64,000 bases of DNA from Calditrichota bacterium (GCA_020637445.1 JACJVZ010000001.1:1755952-1819951); one strand, 5' to 3'. Positions 39,124 to 48,684 are shown, counted from the stretch's first letter. A program made the numbers and translations. Notes: generated by a model not told the origin, from the letters alone.

Positions 39124-41412
39124 TGTCGCAAGATCATTGGCATCGAAAGATACCGTATGGCGGCCAACCGAAAATATGCCGTCAACAGGCTGCGCAACCA
39201 GCTCTCCGTTCAGATTGTAGATGTTGAGGACGACGGGATTCTGCTCCACAACATCGAAGACGAAATTCGTCACGGAGTTGAACGGGTTGGGGTAGTTTTG
39301 AAGAAGGGCGTGTTCTGTGACGACTGCGGTCGAAGAGGACGGTGTCGCTTCAGCGATCGTTGTCCACGTTCTGACTTCCCCGCCGATACTTACAACTTCT
39401 ATGCTGTACGTATAGGTCCGTCCGTTCACGACCGTTTCGTCCAGATAGGAATAGGTCGAGCCGACGGAAGTATTGGTTCCCGCAACAGTGTAAACGAGTT
39501 GACCGTCACGGAGCAATCTGAAATAGTCAATCTCAGACTCGGAAGCTGTTCCCCATTCGATCAGCACAGCATGGTCGCGCGGCTGAGCCTCAAAGTACGA
39601 CTCAACGAAGCCGATAGTGTAGTCAAAGCCGTCTTCCAAGCATATGCACCCACTCAGGTATCCCGGATAAATCCAGTTGCACCAATAGCCCGTCAAGTCG
39701 TCATAAGTCCATGCATCATTCCTGAAAATTGCCGATGCCGGTGGGCATTCTGTGCTGCATCCGTCAACTCCCCATGAGCAACCCGGAGCTACATTGACAA
39801 ACAAGAACACGTCTGGATCAAGCGGACCGTAACAAATTTGCACAGGGGTATTTGCGCAAAGTGAAATACAAGTAGAGTGCGGCCCATCTGCCCAGTAGTC
39901 GATTCCGCCGACCGTTTCAAAGTAAATGTACGTGGGCTCGTCGCAAGGAGGAGCGGCGCTAAAGGAGTCTTCCAAACAGACACAGCCGTCCGCGTTGCCC
40001 GGAACAATCCAATTGCACCAAAGGCTATTTGCTTCGTCGTAGGTCCACGAATTGTTATTGAAATTGAAAGTTGCAGGCGGGCATTCAGTGTTGCATCCCG
40101 TTTCTCCACTCAAACATCCTGAACTCACCGCCGCATAAGGGATCACATCTTGTCCCAGCGGACCGTAGCAAATCTGAACAGGTGTATTTGCACAAAGGGG
40201 AACACACGTGAAGTGCGGTCCGTCCGCCCAATAGTCGATTCCGCCAACGGTTTCGTAGTAGTAATACGTGGGTTCATCGCAAGGTGGAATCACGACACTA
40301 AAAGAGTCTTCCAAGCAAATGCAGCCGTCTGTTTCGCCCGGACTAATCGAGTTGCACCAAAGACTGTTAGCTTCGTCATAAACCCAAGCATTGTTGTCGA
40401 AAGTGAACTCGGCGGGCGGGCACTCACTACTGCATCCTTCAATTCCAAAGGAGCAGCCAGAGCGTACTTCGGCAAATGGGATCACATCTGCGCCCAACGG
40501 ACCGTAGCAAATCTGAACGGGTGTATTTGCACAAAGGGGAACACACGTGAAGTGCGGTCCGTCCGCCCAATAGTCGATTCCGCCAACGGTTTCGTAGTAG
40601 TAATACGTGGGTTCATCGCAAGGTGGAATCACGACACTAAAAGAGTCTTCCAAGCAAATGCAGCCGTCTGTTTCGCCCGGACTAATCGAGTTGCACCAAA
40701 GACTGTTAGCTTCGTCATAAACCCAAGCATTGTTGTCGAAAGTGAACTCGGCGGGCACGCATATAACGTCACATCCGCTGTTTGCAATCGAGCAACCAGA
40801 ACTCACCGATGCATAGGGGATAACATCTGCGCCCAACGGACCGTAACAAATCTGAACGGGAGTATTCGCACAAAGGGGAAGACACCTGAAGTGCGGCCCG
40901 TCTGCCCAGTAGTCTACACCATTGGTAGTTTCGAAGTAGTATTCAGTAGGTTCATCGCAAAAGAACTCTTCTCCATTGCACACCCAGCCGCTGACTTCGT
41001 ATTCGTTTAGGCCGTTTTCTATTGTGAATACTGCAGAAGTCCAACGAGCGAGCGGGCCATCCACAACAACGTAGTATCTTGAAGGCATCGGAGTCGTTGT
41101 GCTAATCGTAAAGGCAGGATCTGTGGCAAAACCGCCGGGGATTCCCAGCAGGTCCTCGCCTGTACCCATGTCGATTTGGTTGAAGTTGCATTGACCAAAA
41201 CCCGATCCGACTATGGGCGGAAGATCGGATGGGTCTGGACCATTGTCGTTTTGGTCCCAAACAATGGTGGCAAAATAGCCATGACTTATGGCCTCAAGAT
41301 CCCCGAAACAGTCATGGGTCAGCGGTGTTGTGTTGATTAGTATCGCGTTGAACTGCGCAAAGGCAGTTGTCGAAAGTCCGAGGCACAAAAGCAAAAGAAA
41401 CATCTTCTTCAT
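39052..41412 (-). CDS. Cys-rich T9SS cargo family protein, four-module member (786 aa)
   Basis: GAGGTGG RBS before the ATG at 41412, with a signal peptide (MKKMFLLLLCLGLSTTAFAQ). A conserved N-domain is shared with the two neighbouring genes. It is followed by four ~113-aa ten-Cys modules, an FN3-like segment and a T9SS CTD (LLQNYPNPFNSVTNF...KKMLLVK). Confidence 0.85.
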   Translation of the reverse strand: MKKMFLLLLCLGLSTTAFAQFNAILINTTPLTHDCFGDLEAISHGYFATIVWDQNDNGPDPSDLPPIVGSGFGQCNFNQIDMGTGEDLLGIPGGFATDPAFTISTTTPMPSRYYVVVDGPLARWTSAVFTIENGLNEYEVSGWVCNGEEFFCDEPTEYYFETTNGVDYWADGPHFRCLPLCANTPVQICYGPLGADVIPYASVSSGCSIANSGCDVICVPAEFTFDNNAWVYDEANSLWCNSISPGETDGCICLEDSFSVVIPPCDEPTYYYYETVGGIDYWADGPHFTCVPLCANTPVQICYGPLGADVIPFAEVRSGCSFGIEGCSSECPPAEFTFDNNAWVYDEANSLWCNSISPGETDGCICLEDSFSVVIPPCDEPTYYYYETVGGIDYWADGPHFTCVPLCANTPVQICYGPLGQDVIPYAAVSSGCLSGETGCNTECPPATFNFNNNSWTYDEANSLWCNWIVPGNADGCVCLEDSFSAAPPCDEPTYIYFETVGGIDYWADGPHSTCISLCANTPVQICYGPLDPDVFLFVNVAPGCSWGVDGCSTECPPASAIFRNDAWTYDDLTGYWCNWIYPGYLSGCICLEDGFDYTIGFVESYFEAQPRDHAVLIEWGTASESEIDYFRLLRDGQLVYTVAGTNTSVGSTYSYLDETVVNGRTYTYSIEVVSIGGEVRTWTTIAEATPSSSTAVVTEHALLQNYPNPFNSVTNFVFDVVEQNPVVLNIYNLNGELVAQPVDGIFSVGRHTVSFDANDLATGLYFYTVKIGNEFTATKKMLLVK
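39613..40959 (-). repeat. Four tandem ~339-bp (113-codon) coding repeats
   Basis: The module start CDEPT recurs at residues 172, 285, 398 and 510 of the track ORF. Cores 40160..40417 and 40499..40756 (258 nt) differ at one position (40180 a versus 40519 g). Confidence 0.9.
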
Positions 41413-41523
41413 AGCCACCTCGATAAGGTTGTTGGGAACGGTTAAAAAAGCTGCAAATCCCTTGAGTTTCAAGATTGTTCAACCAAGTCAATAAGTCAAG
41501 AGAGTTCTGTCACATATTCCCGT

Positions 41524-41697
41524 AAAACAACACCGGGCCTCCCATGTGGGAGGCCCGGTGAAAGTTCTAACCAAAAGACTTAGGACCTTGGCGTTAGCGC
41601 ATCAGGTCCAGCATCTACGCTGGTTTTACTTGACAAGCAGCATCTTCTTCGTGGCGGTGAACTCGTTGCCGATCTTCACCGTGTAGAAGTACAAACC
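41524..41697 (-). repeat. Duplicated gene-3'-end plus terminator block, copy B
   Basis: Near-identical to 38953..39123. Confidence 0.8.
41533..41558 (-). terminator. Probable terminator hairpin downstream of 41626..42969
   Basis: The same 12-bp stem ccgggcctccca-tg-tgggaggcccgg as at 38962..38987. Confidence 0.6.
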
Positions 41698-42969
41698 GCT
41701 GGTCAGGTTCGAAGCGTCGAACGAAACAGTGTGACGACCGGCGCCAACCGTGCCGTTCACCAACGTCGCAACTTCTTGACCCATCGCGTTGTAAACCGTC
41801 AGGTCAACATGGTTTTCCGCAACCACGTCATACACCAAGTTCGTGCTCGGGTTGAACGGGTTCGGGTAGTTCTGATGCAGAGCATATTCCGTGATCACTG
41901 CAGCGCTCGCGCTCGGCGTAGCCGAAACGATCGTGCCCAGTTCCGTCACGTTGCTGTTCGCGTCGATCAGGTTCAGCGTGTACTCATAAGACGTGCCGTT
42001 CACAGCGCCAGCGTCCACATACGTGTAGCTCGTGACGTTCGTCGCGTCCACCGTCGTCAGAGACTCAAACTCATGACCAACCATGCGGCGCAGAACTTCA
42101 TAGCTCGCCACGTCCGCGCCAGCGCCGACGGTCCAAGCCACTTCAACCGAATGATCACGGGCTTCCGCCGTCAGGTTCACGTCCACAACGCCTTCGATGT
42201 AGTCGAGGCAGAAGCAAACGCAGCCTTCGCTCAACGGGGTAATCACGTTGCACCATTGCTCAGTGCTCGGATTGTAAACCCAAGAAGCGTCGTCATACAG
42301 GTACTGGGCGCCCGGGCAATCCACGTCGCAACCCGAGTTCGTCGGCGAGCAGCCTTCGAACAAACGAGCATGCGGACGCTCGATCTCACGCAGCGGTCCA
42401 AGGCAGATCGTCACGGGAGCGTTTTCGCACATGCCGATGCACTGATAGTAAGGAACCGGGAAGTCACGACCGCCAGCCGTCGTAATCAAAACTTCCGTCG
42501 GCTCGTTGCAGGTCGGGCCTACCGGCACACACTGCCAACCACCCACTTCATACTCATTCAAACCATTCAAAACCGTGAACACTGCCGACGTCCAACGAAC
42601 GCCGCCACACTCGACCACGACATAGTACAGCGACGGCTGGGGAGTCGTCGTGCTAATCGTGAACGCCGGGTCCGTCGCAAAGCCACCGCACAGACCCAAC
42701 AGGTCTTCGCCAGTGCCCATGTCGATCGTGTTGAAATTCGCTTGGCCGAAACCAGCACCCACCGCAACCGGGCTGTCCAATTCATCCGGACCGTTCGCAT
42801 TCGCGTCCCAATAAATCACAGCGTCGCAGCCGTGGCTCAAACAGTTGCCGCCAAAATCACACTGATCCGTCAACGGCGTGAAGTTCAACAAAATCGCGTT
42901 GAACTGCGCCTGGCTTACACTCGCCACCGCGAAAAGGGCCATCGCCATCAAAATCATTTTCAATTTCAT
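41626..42969 (-). CDS. Cys-rich T9SS cargo family protein, single-module member (447 aa)
   Basis: AAGGAG RBS and a signal peptide (MKLKMILMAMALFAVASVSQAQ). It has the same N-domain motifs (QFNAILLNFTPLT, GFGQANFNTIDMGTGEDLLG, GGFATDPAFTISTTTP, WTSAVFTVLNGLNEYEVGGWQC). One Cys-rich module, an FN3-like segment and a T9SS CTD follow. Confidence 0.85.
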   Translation of the reverse strand: MKLKMILMAMALFAVASVSQAQFNAILLNFTPLTDQCDFGGNCLSHGCDAVIYWDANANGPDELDSPVAVGAGFGQANFNTIDMGTGEDLLGLCGGFATDPAFTISTTTPQPSLYYVVVECGGVRWTSAVFTVLNGLNEYEVGGWQCVPVGPTCNEPTEVLITTAGGRDFPVPYYQCIGMCENAPVTICLGPLREIERPHARLFEGCSPTNSGCDVDCPGAQYLYDDASWVYNPSTEQWCNVITPLSEGCVCFCLDYIEGVVDVNLTAEARDHSVEVAWTVGAGADVASYEVLRRMVGHEFESLTTVDATNVTSYTYVDAGAVNGTSYEYTLNLIDANSNVTELGTIVSATPSASAAVITEYALHQNYPNPFNPSTNLVYDVVAENHVDLTVYNAMGQEVATLVNGTVGAGRHTVSFDASNLTSGLYFYTVKIGNEFTATKKMLLVK

Positions 42970-43307
42970 CTAAAGCTCCTTGCTCCTGATTAGGTTCTAT
43001 CGGTTTCTTATTTCTGGGTCACTTGTCGTGATTTTGTCACATACCACACACGACTAAGTATACTACCAAGAGACACGAGAAGTCAAGGCAAAACGATGCG
43101 GAATGAAAAAACTATGGATAGGTTAGGCCAGATAGGCAATTGTTTATTTTATTAAAAAACAAGAGCTAAGATATTTTCTGCTTAATAGGTTGGGAAATGG
43201 ACACACGTCAGAAACAGACGTGCCTCCTATCAGATAGGCGTGAACAGATTTTCGCAGGCATAGAGACCCACCTGCGCAAGTAGTGTCGCAGGCTCAAGGC
43301 GGGAGGG

Positions 43308-43673
43308 TCAGTTGAGTACTTCTTTGAGGGCGGCCAGCAACTGCGCCCGGTCAAACGGTTTGCTAATGGTACACGAGGCGCCGATGAGCTTAGCCATACA
43401 TAAATAGTCAGAGGGTCCAATTCGCCCGCCCCCGGAAATTGCAATGATCCGGCAGTCCTTGTTTTCGGACTTGAGCTGGCGAATCGTTTCAATCCCTTCC
43501 TGCTCGGGCATGATGATATCGGTGATCACGATTTCGGAGGGGTTTGCCCGGTATTTTATCACACCTTCCCGTCCATTAGAAGCTGTGTCGACTTCGTAAC
43601 CTTCGCGTTCCAGCATTCTGCACAACATCTGCCGGATACTTGGGTCATCGTCAATTATGAGGACTTTGTTCAT
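43308..43673 (-). CDS. Single-domain response regulator (CheY-like receiver only)
   Basis: Contains MNKVLIIDDDPSIRQ...VITDIIMPEQEGIETIRQLK...ISKPFDRAQLL. There is no output domain. The start overlaps the kinase stop by 23 nt. Confidence 0.9.
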   Translation of the reverse strand: MNKVLIIDDDPSIRQMLCRMLEREGYEVDTASNGREGVIKYRANPSEIVITDIIMPEQEGIETIRQLKSENKDCRIIAISGGGRIGPSDYLCMAKLIGASCTISKPFDRAQLLAALKEVLN

Positions 43674-46600
43674 TATGAATCATCTTATTTTTGTTGTCAA
43701 TACACTTTCTAACATGCCTTGCGAGTTCCCCGGAACTTACAGGCTTTGACAAGATTGCCGCAAATTCGTCAGCATCGCCGTCCATCTGCGGGCCGGCGGA
43801 TAAGAGGACAACGGGCAGTCCGGGCTCGAAGTCATGTGCCGCGCGGGCGACATCGACACCAGAGAGAATAGGCATGACGTCGTCGACAATAACAGCGGCG
43901 ACAGGGGTCTCAACTTGCGCAAGCTGAACTAACGCCTCGACAGGGTCTGATGTCGCCGTAACTTGATAGCCGAAGGCTTCCAGCATTTGTTTGCCCAGCA
44001 ATAGTATGGTGTCGTCGTCGTCACACAACAGGACGTGTTCCGATCCAAAACCTTCAGATCGGCCTGCACTGGAGTCCATTTGCACTTCAGAGTCAATGAG
44101 CGGAAAATACACCGACACCGACGTTCCTTTTCCGGGCTCGGAGCAGACTTCGATTGCACCACCATGTGAAGTGACGATGCCGTGGACCACGGAGAGACCT
44201 AAGCCTGTGCCATGGCCGACGTTTTTGGTTGTGAAGAACGGTTCGAACATCCGCGATCTTGTCGATTCGTCCATTCCCGCACCTGTGTCTTTCACGGTCA
44301 GTACGGCATATTTTCCTTCGGCCAAACGGCAATTGTTCAGCGTTTCCGGTGAGGTCAGCTCACGCATAGACAGTTTCAGCTCAACGGCTCCACCTGATTC
44401 TTCGATCGCATGAAACGCATTTGTACACAGATTCATGACGACTTGGTTGATCAAGGTCGGGTCGGACAACGTCGCGCCGACGTTTTCAATATTTTGAATG
44501 AACTCGCAGTTTCGCGGAGTACTGGCCACAAGCAGACGCGCGACTTCTTTGACAACCAAATCCAGTTTCAAGGGGTGCCTTGCTTGTTCGTCATGCCGGC
44601 TGAACGCGAGAATTTGTTGAACCAGCCCTTTTGCTCTATATGCGGCATTGATGACATGTTCGATATCTTCCCGTCCGGGCGAACTCGGCTCCAATTCGTT
44701 GGCAGCGATGTCGGCATAGCCCAAAATCGGAGTCAGGATATTGTTGAAATCATGTGCGATGCCTCCGGCCAAGGTTCCAATCGTTTCCAGCCTTTGATTG
44801 TGCCGGATGCGATTCTGCAATTCTTGGAATTCCTGCTCGGCCTTGAGTTTTTCGGTAATATCCGATCCAATGGATACAAAGACAGAGCGGTCATTCCAGT
44901 CCATCATTTGGATTGAAGTTTCGAACTGATACGTCGACCCGTCCTTGCGTACGTGCGCTCCCGAACCCGTAACGGCTTCAGTCGAGGAACTTGAAAGCGG
45001 GCTAATCAATTCGCGGAATCCGCTTTCTTTCCAGCCTTCCACAAGGGACGCCAAAGTCAAATCTCTTAGCTCTTCAAGCGAATAGCCTGTGTTCGAACGT
45101 GCGCGTTCATTTGCTTCGAGAATTTTCCAAGTTTCCGGTTCGATGATGTAAACTTCGTTCATCGAGTTGTCCAGAATTCGACCCAGTTGGGAAGCCCGCG
45201 CTTCGACAAGTTTGCGTTCGGTAATGTTCGTCCATGTTCCGGCGGCTCGAAGCGGCGTACCGTCTTCATTCCACTCTACAACTTTGCCTCGTGACAGCAC
45301 CCAGATCCAATTTCCTTTTGAGGTGCGGATACGCTCTTCAATTTCATAGTGCGTCGAGCGGGTCGCAACGTGCTCCTCGTAAGCACGGTTGAAATTCGTC
45401 AGGCTATCGGGGTCAATATGCCGTTCCCACAGACTTATATGATGTTCAAAGACAGAGGGTTCGTACTCGAGCCACTCGATGATTCTCGGGCTGAAATAAC
45501 AATCGCCGGAGACGACGTTCCAATCCCAGAATCCGTCCGATGATCCGTCGAGAGCGAGCGCAAGCCGTCTTTCGCTCTCACGCAGTCTGGCTTCGGCAAG
45601 TACTTGTTCCGTTACGTCGAGCGTGGTGCCGAATACTCTGAGCGGTGCACCGTTCTCGTCCCGCTCTGCCTCGCCTTGACTGAACACATACCGAACCTCA
45701 CCCGAGGGGCGGACGATACGGTATCGGTACGCGAATTGACTTTTTCCTTGAAACAGCTGCTGGATACTTTCGTAAAAGATTTGACGATCGTCCGAATGTA
45801 CGAACGAAATGAGAGTCTCGGACGTAATGGGCATCTGAGTCTCTTCACGTCCGCAGATCTTAAGTTTCTCTTCACTAAGAATGACCTCGTTGGCGGCAAC
45901 ATCAAATTCCCAGAATCCGAGTTTTGCGATCCGTTGAGCCTCTTTCAGCTTGGTGCGGCTTAGGTTCAGCTCATGTTCGCGAGTGAGCCTGTCGGTAATA
46001 TCGCGGATAAAACTGGAGAAGTGAGTCTCTGTGCCGACTTTGATTGGGCAGACAGCAAGTTCAACTTGAAATTCGTATCCGTCCTTGTGTTTTGCAGGTA
46101 ATTGCAGCAGGCGGTTCAAGACGTGGCCGTGTCCGGACTCGGAAAACATTCGCATTCCATTTCGGTGGGACTGAACGAAGGCCTCGGGCATGATGAGATC
46201 ATGGAGCATTTCTCCAATAGCCTCGTCGCGAGCGTAGCCGAAAACACGTTCTGCTTGTGGATTCCATTCCGTAACAAGCCCCGCGGAGTCAATCGCAACG
46301 ACGGCATCGAGGGAAGAATCCACGATTTGCCGGGCCAACCCGCGGGTTTGTTCAAGCTCCATTTCGGCGACGACTTCATTTGTGATGACTTCGGTGAACA
46401 TCACGATCCCGCCGATATCCCCATCGCCCCGGTACCACGGTTTGATTTGCCAGCGAACCCAATCCGTTGACCCATCAGCACGTGGAAACTCTTCTTTTGA
46501 ACAAGACTCCGTCGCACCGTTCATACAGCGGCGGTGAATTTCTCTCCATTCATTGCCGATTTCGGGAAATATGTCGTAATGATTTCTGCCGACTAAGTCA

Positions 46601-48501
46601 CTATCCGCCAAACGGTAGTCTTGGCACCAACGCTCGCTTACGACGATGTAGTTCATATCCGTGTCAAACATCGCAAGTGCAGCCGGCGAATGTTTGATAA
46701 ACAATCTAAGCTGCTCTTGACGTTCGCGCAGCGTTTCTTTATATTCGAGCCGTTCCGTAACATCTTTGCCGCTGGCATAGATCAGCCCGTCTTCCGGGCC
46801 AAGCACAGCATTCCAAATAAAGTTGCGAATGTTGCCGTCTTTGCAGACTACTCGCAAATCCAGAGCAATGACTGGCTCATTTTGCAAGAGCCTGCTAAAC
46901 GCATCCTGCAAAATGTGTTTGTCGTCTGGATGGACAATGTCGAGCGAGGGTCGTCCGATTCTTTCTTCGAGCTCATAGCCGGTAGCATCGAGATACGCGT
47001 TGTTGCCGCTGATGAAATCCCCTTGAGGGCTCAAAATGACAAAGGAATCCGCAGAGATGTCGAAAAAGCGCTGCGCAACCTTGTCGGCGTGGAGGCTTTC
47101 GGTCACATCCAAAGCGACGCCGGTTGCGCCGGTAATCTTCCCCTCTTCGTCGCGCAGCGGATCGGTAAATGCCTCAAAGATTCGGTCACCTAAGTCGAAC
47201 CGGAATGAAACGGGTTGCACGACGTTGGACAGTTCGGGACGGTCGCCGCTCTCGGCGTTGTGGCAAGTAAAGACCTCCTGCATGGGCTTGCCGATCAACT
47301 GCCCAGGAAATACTCCCATGGCGTTCAGCGCGGCTCCGGTGACGTAGGTAAATCTTGAGTGTTCGTCAACGGACCACATAATTGCCGGCAATCGGTTCGT
47401 GAACAGCCGGAGCTCCGACTCGCGCTTGATAAGTTCTACCTGCGCTTTTCTGCGCTCCAGTGCCCGCGCAATCGAACCTGCCACGATTGAAAGCAAGGAG
47501 GCGTCGGACTCTGTAAAGCGCTCGGAATCTTCATAGGATTGGAGCACCAGAACACCCAGAACCTCGTCTTTCGTGCGCAGCGGAATACCGAGCCAACAGG
47601 CTGCGCGGTCTCCGATCGTGCGCAAGTTGCCTTCAGTCCTGACTTGTTCACGGTTGACATTGTTCACCAGCATGTGCTTGCCCGTCATGCGGACGTAATC
47701 GGTTAATCCACCGGATAAATCCTGTGCCTTATAGGACTCGCTAACGGGCTGTGAAAGGTGTTTTCGGAGAATGTCCGTGTACAGTCCGGTTTCTTTGTCG
47801 TAGAGTGTCAGGCTAAGATTACTCGTATCGACCAGTCGATTGAGTTGCCGATCGAGCCGCAGAGCGAAATCATAAAGTGATTCAGACTGCGCGGCAGAGA
47901 CGGTGATCTTGTAGAGAACATCTTTCGTGACGTCCTTCTGGCGCGCATCGCTCACGTCCTTCGCCGTAATCAGGTAGTCCGCACCTTGTGTTGCGGCGTC
48001 GATAGGCGTCATGCGAATGTCCCAATATGCGGGTCGTTGGTCGCTCGAAACACGAAAAACGTCCGCAGCACAATTGGGCGGGCCCGATTCGTGCGATGCC
48101 ACAAAGGTCCGCCATCGGACGAGGTCTCTTTCGTCAACCAATTCTTCGAAGTTCGTGGGACTGCCTTCGTTGCGCGCAAACTCCCTGTTCGCGTAAACAA
48201 TTTCGCCCGTGTTCTTGATCAGAAAAACATTCTCGGCGATGTTTTCAGCCAACGACCGCCACTCCAGTCCGTCGCCGGGCTTGGCCGGAGTCTGGGCACG
48301 GCGAAAACTCACAATGCTCCACACCGCAATTGCTGCGACGACAAGCAGCCCCAAAGCCGCGGGCCAATAGGCCGACCAATCGCTGGCCGCAAAGAAATTT
48401 GCGGCGGACGCGACTTGCGTGAAGGCGAGAAGTGCCGTGCTTGTCATAGCTCGGAGTGCCCCTGTCCGAGACGGCATTTTTGGATGATCAAACGGGTTCA
48501 T
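43651..48501 (-). CDS. Membrane-anchored multi-PAS/GAF hybrid sensor histidine kinase (1,616 aa)
   Basis: N-terminal TM segments, then a long series of PAS/PAC-like segments plus a GAF-like segment. H-box HDFNNILTPILGYADIA and ATPase G-box GTGLGLSVVHGIV are present. A C-terminal receiver follows (HVLLCDDDD...VIVDDVMP). Confidence 0.9.
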   Translation of the reverse strand: MNPFDHPKMPSRTGALRAMTSTALLAFTQVASAANFFAASDWSAYWPAALGLLVVAAIAVWSIVSFRRAQTPAKPGDGLEWRSLAENIAENVFLIKNTGEIVYANREFARNEGSPTNFEELVDERDLVRWRTFVASHESGPPNCAADVFRVSSDQRPAYWDIRMTPIDAATQGADYLITAKDVSDARQKDVTKDVLYKITVSAAQSESLYDFALRLDRQLNRLVDTSNLSLTLYDKETGLYTDILRKHLSQPVSESYKAQDLSGGLTDYVRMTGKHMLVNNVNREQVRTEGNLRTIGDRAACWLGIPLRTKDEVLGVLVLQSYEDSERFTESDASLLSIVAGSIARALERRKAQVELIKRESELRLFTNRLPAIMWSVDEHSRFTYVTGAALNAMGVFPGQLIGKPMQEVFTCHNAESGDRPELSNVVQPVSFRFDLGDRIFEAFTDPLRDEEGKITGATGVALDVTESLHADKVAQRFFDISADSFVILSPQGDFISGNNAYLDATGYELEERIGRPSLDIVHPDDKHILQDAFSRLLQNEPVIALDLRVVCKDGNIRNFIWNAVLGPEDGLIYASGKDVTERLEYKETLRERQEQLRLFIKHSPAALAMFDTDMNYIVVSERWCQDYRLADSDLVGRNHYDIFPEIGNEWREIHRRCMNGATESCSKEEFPRADGSTDWVRWQIKPWYRGDGDIGGIVMFTEVITNEVVAEMELEQTRGLARQIVDSSLDAVVAIDSAGLVTEWNPQAERVFGYARDEAIGEMLHDLIMPEAFVQSHRNGMRMFSESGHGHVLNRLLQLPAKHKDGYEFQVELAVCPIKVGTETHFSSFIRDITDRLTREHELNLSRTKLKEAQRIAKLGFWEFDVAANEVILSEEKLKICGREETQMPITSETLISFVHSDDRQIFYESIQQLFQGKSQFAYRYRIVRPSGEVRYVFSQGEAERDENGAPLRVFGTTLDVTEQVLAEARLRESERRLALALDGSSDGFWDWNVVSGDCYFSPRIIEWLEYEPSVFEHHISLWERHIDPDSLTNFNRAYEEHVATRSTHYEIEERIRTSKGNWIWVLSRGKVVEWNEDGTPLRAAGTWTNITERKLVEARASQLGRILDNSMNEVYIIEPETWKILEANERARSNTGYSLEELRDLTLASLVEGWKESGFRELISPLSSSSTEAVTGSGAHVRKDGSTYQFETSIQMMDWNDRSVFVSIGSDITEKLKAEQEFQELQNRIRHNQRLETIGTLAGGIAHDFNNILTPILGYADIAANELEPSSPGREDIEHVINAAYRAKGLVQQILAFSRHDEQARHPLKLDLVVKEVARLLVASTPRNCEFIQNIENVGATLSDPTLINQVVMNLCTNAFHAIEESGGAVELKLSMRELTSPETLNNCRLAEGKYAVLTVKDTGAGMDESTRSRMFEPFFTTKNVGHGTGLGLSVVHGIVTSHGGAIEVCSEPGKGTSVSVYFPLIDSEVQMDSSAGRSEGFGSEHVLLCDDDDTILLLGKQMLEAFGYQVTATSDPVEALVQLAQVETPVAAVIVDDVMPILSGVDVARAAHDFEPGLPVVLLSAGPQMDGDADEFAAILSKPVSSGELARHVRKCIDNKNKMIHNEQSPHN

Positions 48502-48633
48502 ATATGAAACAGTTGATTAGATTGGTTTTCGAGCACGAACGCTATGTAAGGTACTATACGACATAGAAACCTACTGGAAACCGTCTATCTATCAGCGCAT
48601 GAAAGCGCAGAATTTGTGCCTTCCGCCCAACAG

Positions 48634-48661
48634 AAAACGGGACCCGCCGGGGTCCCGTTTT
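48634..48661 (-). terminator. Rho-independent terminator downstream of the 1,391-aa peptidase gene
   Basis: Hairpin aaaacgggaccc-gccg-gggtcccgtttt. Confidence 0.7.
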
Positions 48662-48684
48662 CGATTTGAAACAACCAGCCTTGG

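Noticed and set aside
40142-40819. Near-identical 339-bp tandem copies considered as a CRISPR array or a DGR template/variable-repeat pair.
   Set aside because: The period and length are wrong for CRISPR and the copies are in-frame coding modules. No reverse transcriptase is present in the window. The differences in the variable patch involve all four bases rather than adenine-specific changes.
41731-42993. 420-aa antisense ORF across the single-module Cys-rich cargo gene. Similarly, 40150..41010 lies across the four-module gene.
   Set aside because: Both are in the codon-aligned antisense frame (41731-41626 = 105 and 40150-39052 = 1098). The repeats seen in the 40150 ORF simply mirror the sense-strand tandem repeats. 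The sense frames have an RBS, a signal peptide and a T9SS CTD.
43204-43222. Palindrome CACGTC-N7-GACGTG upstream of the cargo array, with a similar CACGTC-N11-GACGTG at 53783..53805 just upstream of the small-protein/S8 operon. This could be a shared operator.
   Set aside because: There are only two instances, with different spacers, found post hoc. A 6-bp inverted repeat is easily produced by chance, and either could be a simple hairpin. It is worth a motif scan but not supportable as a site.
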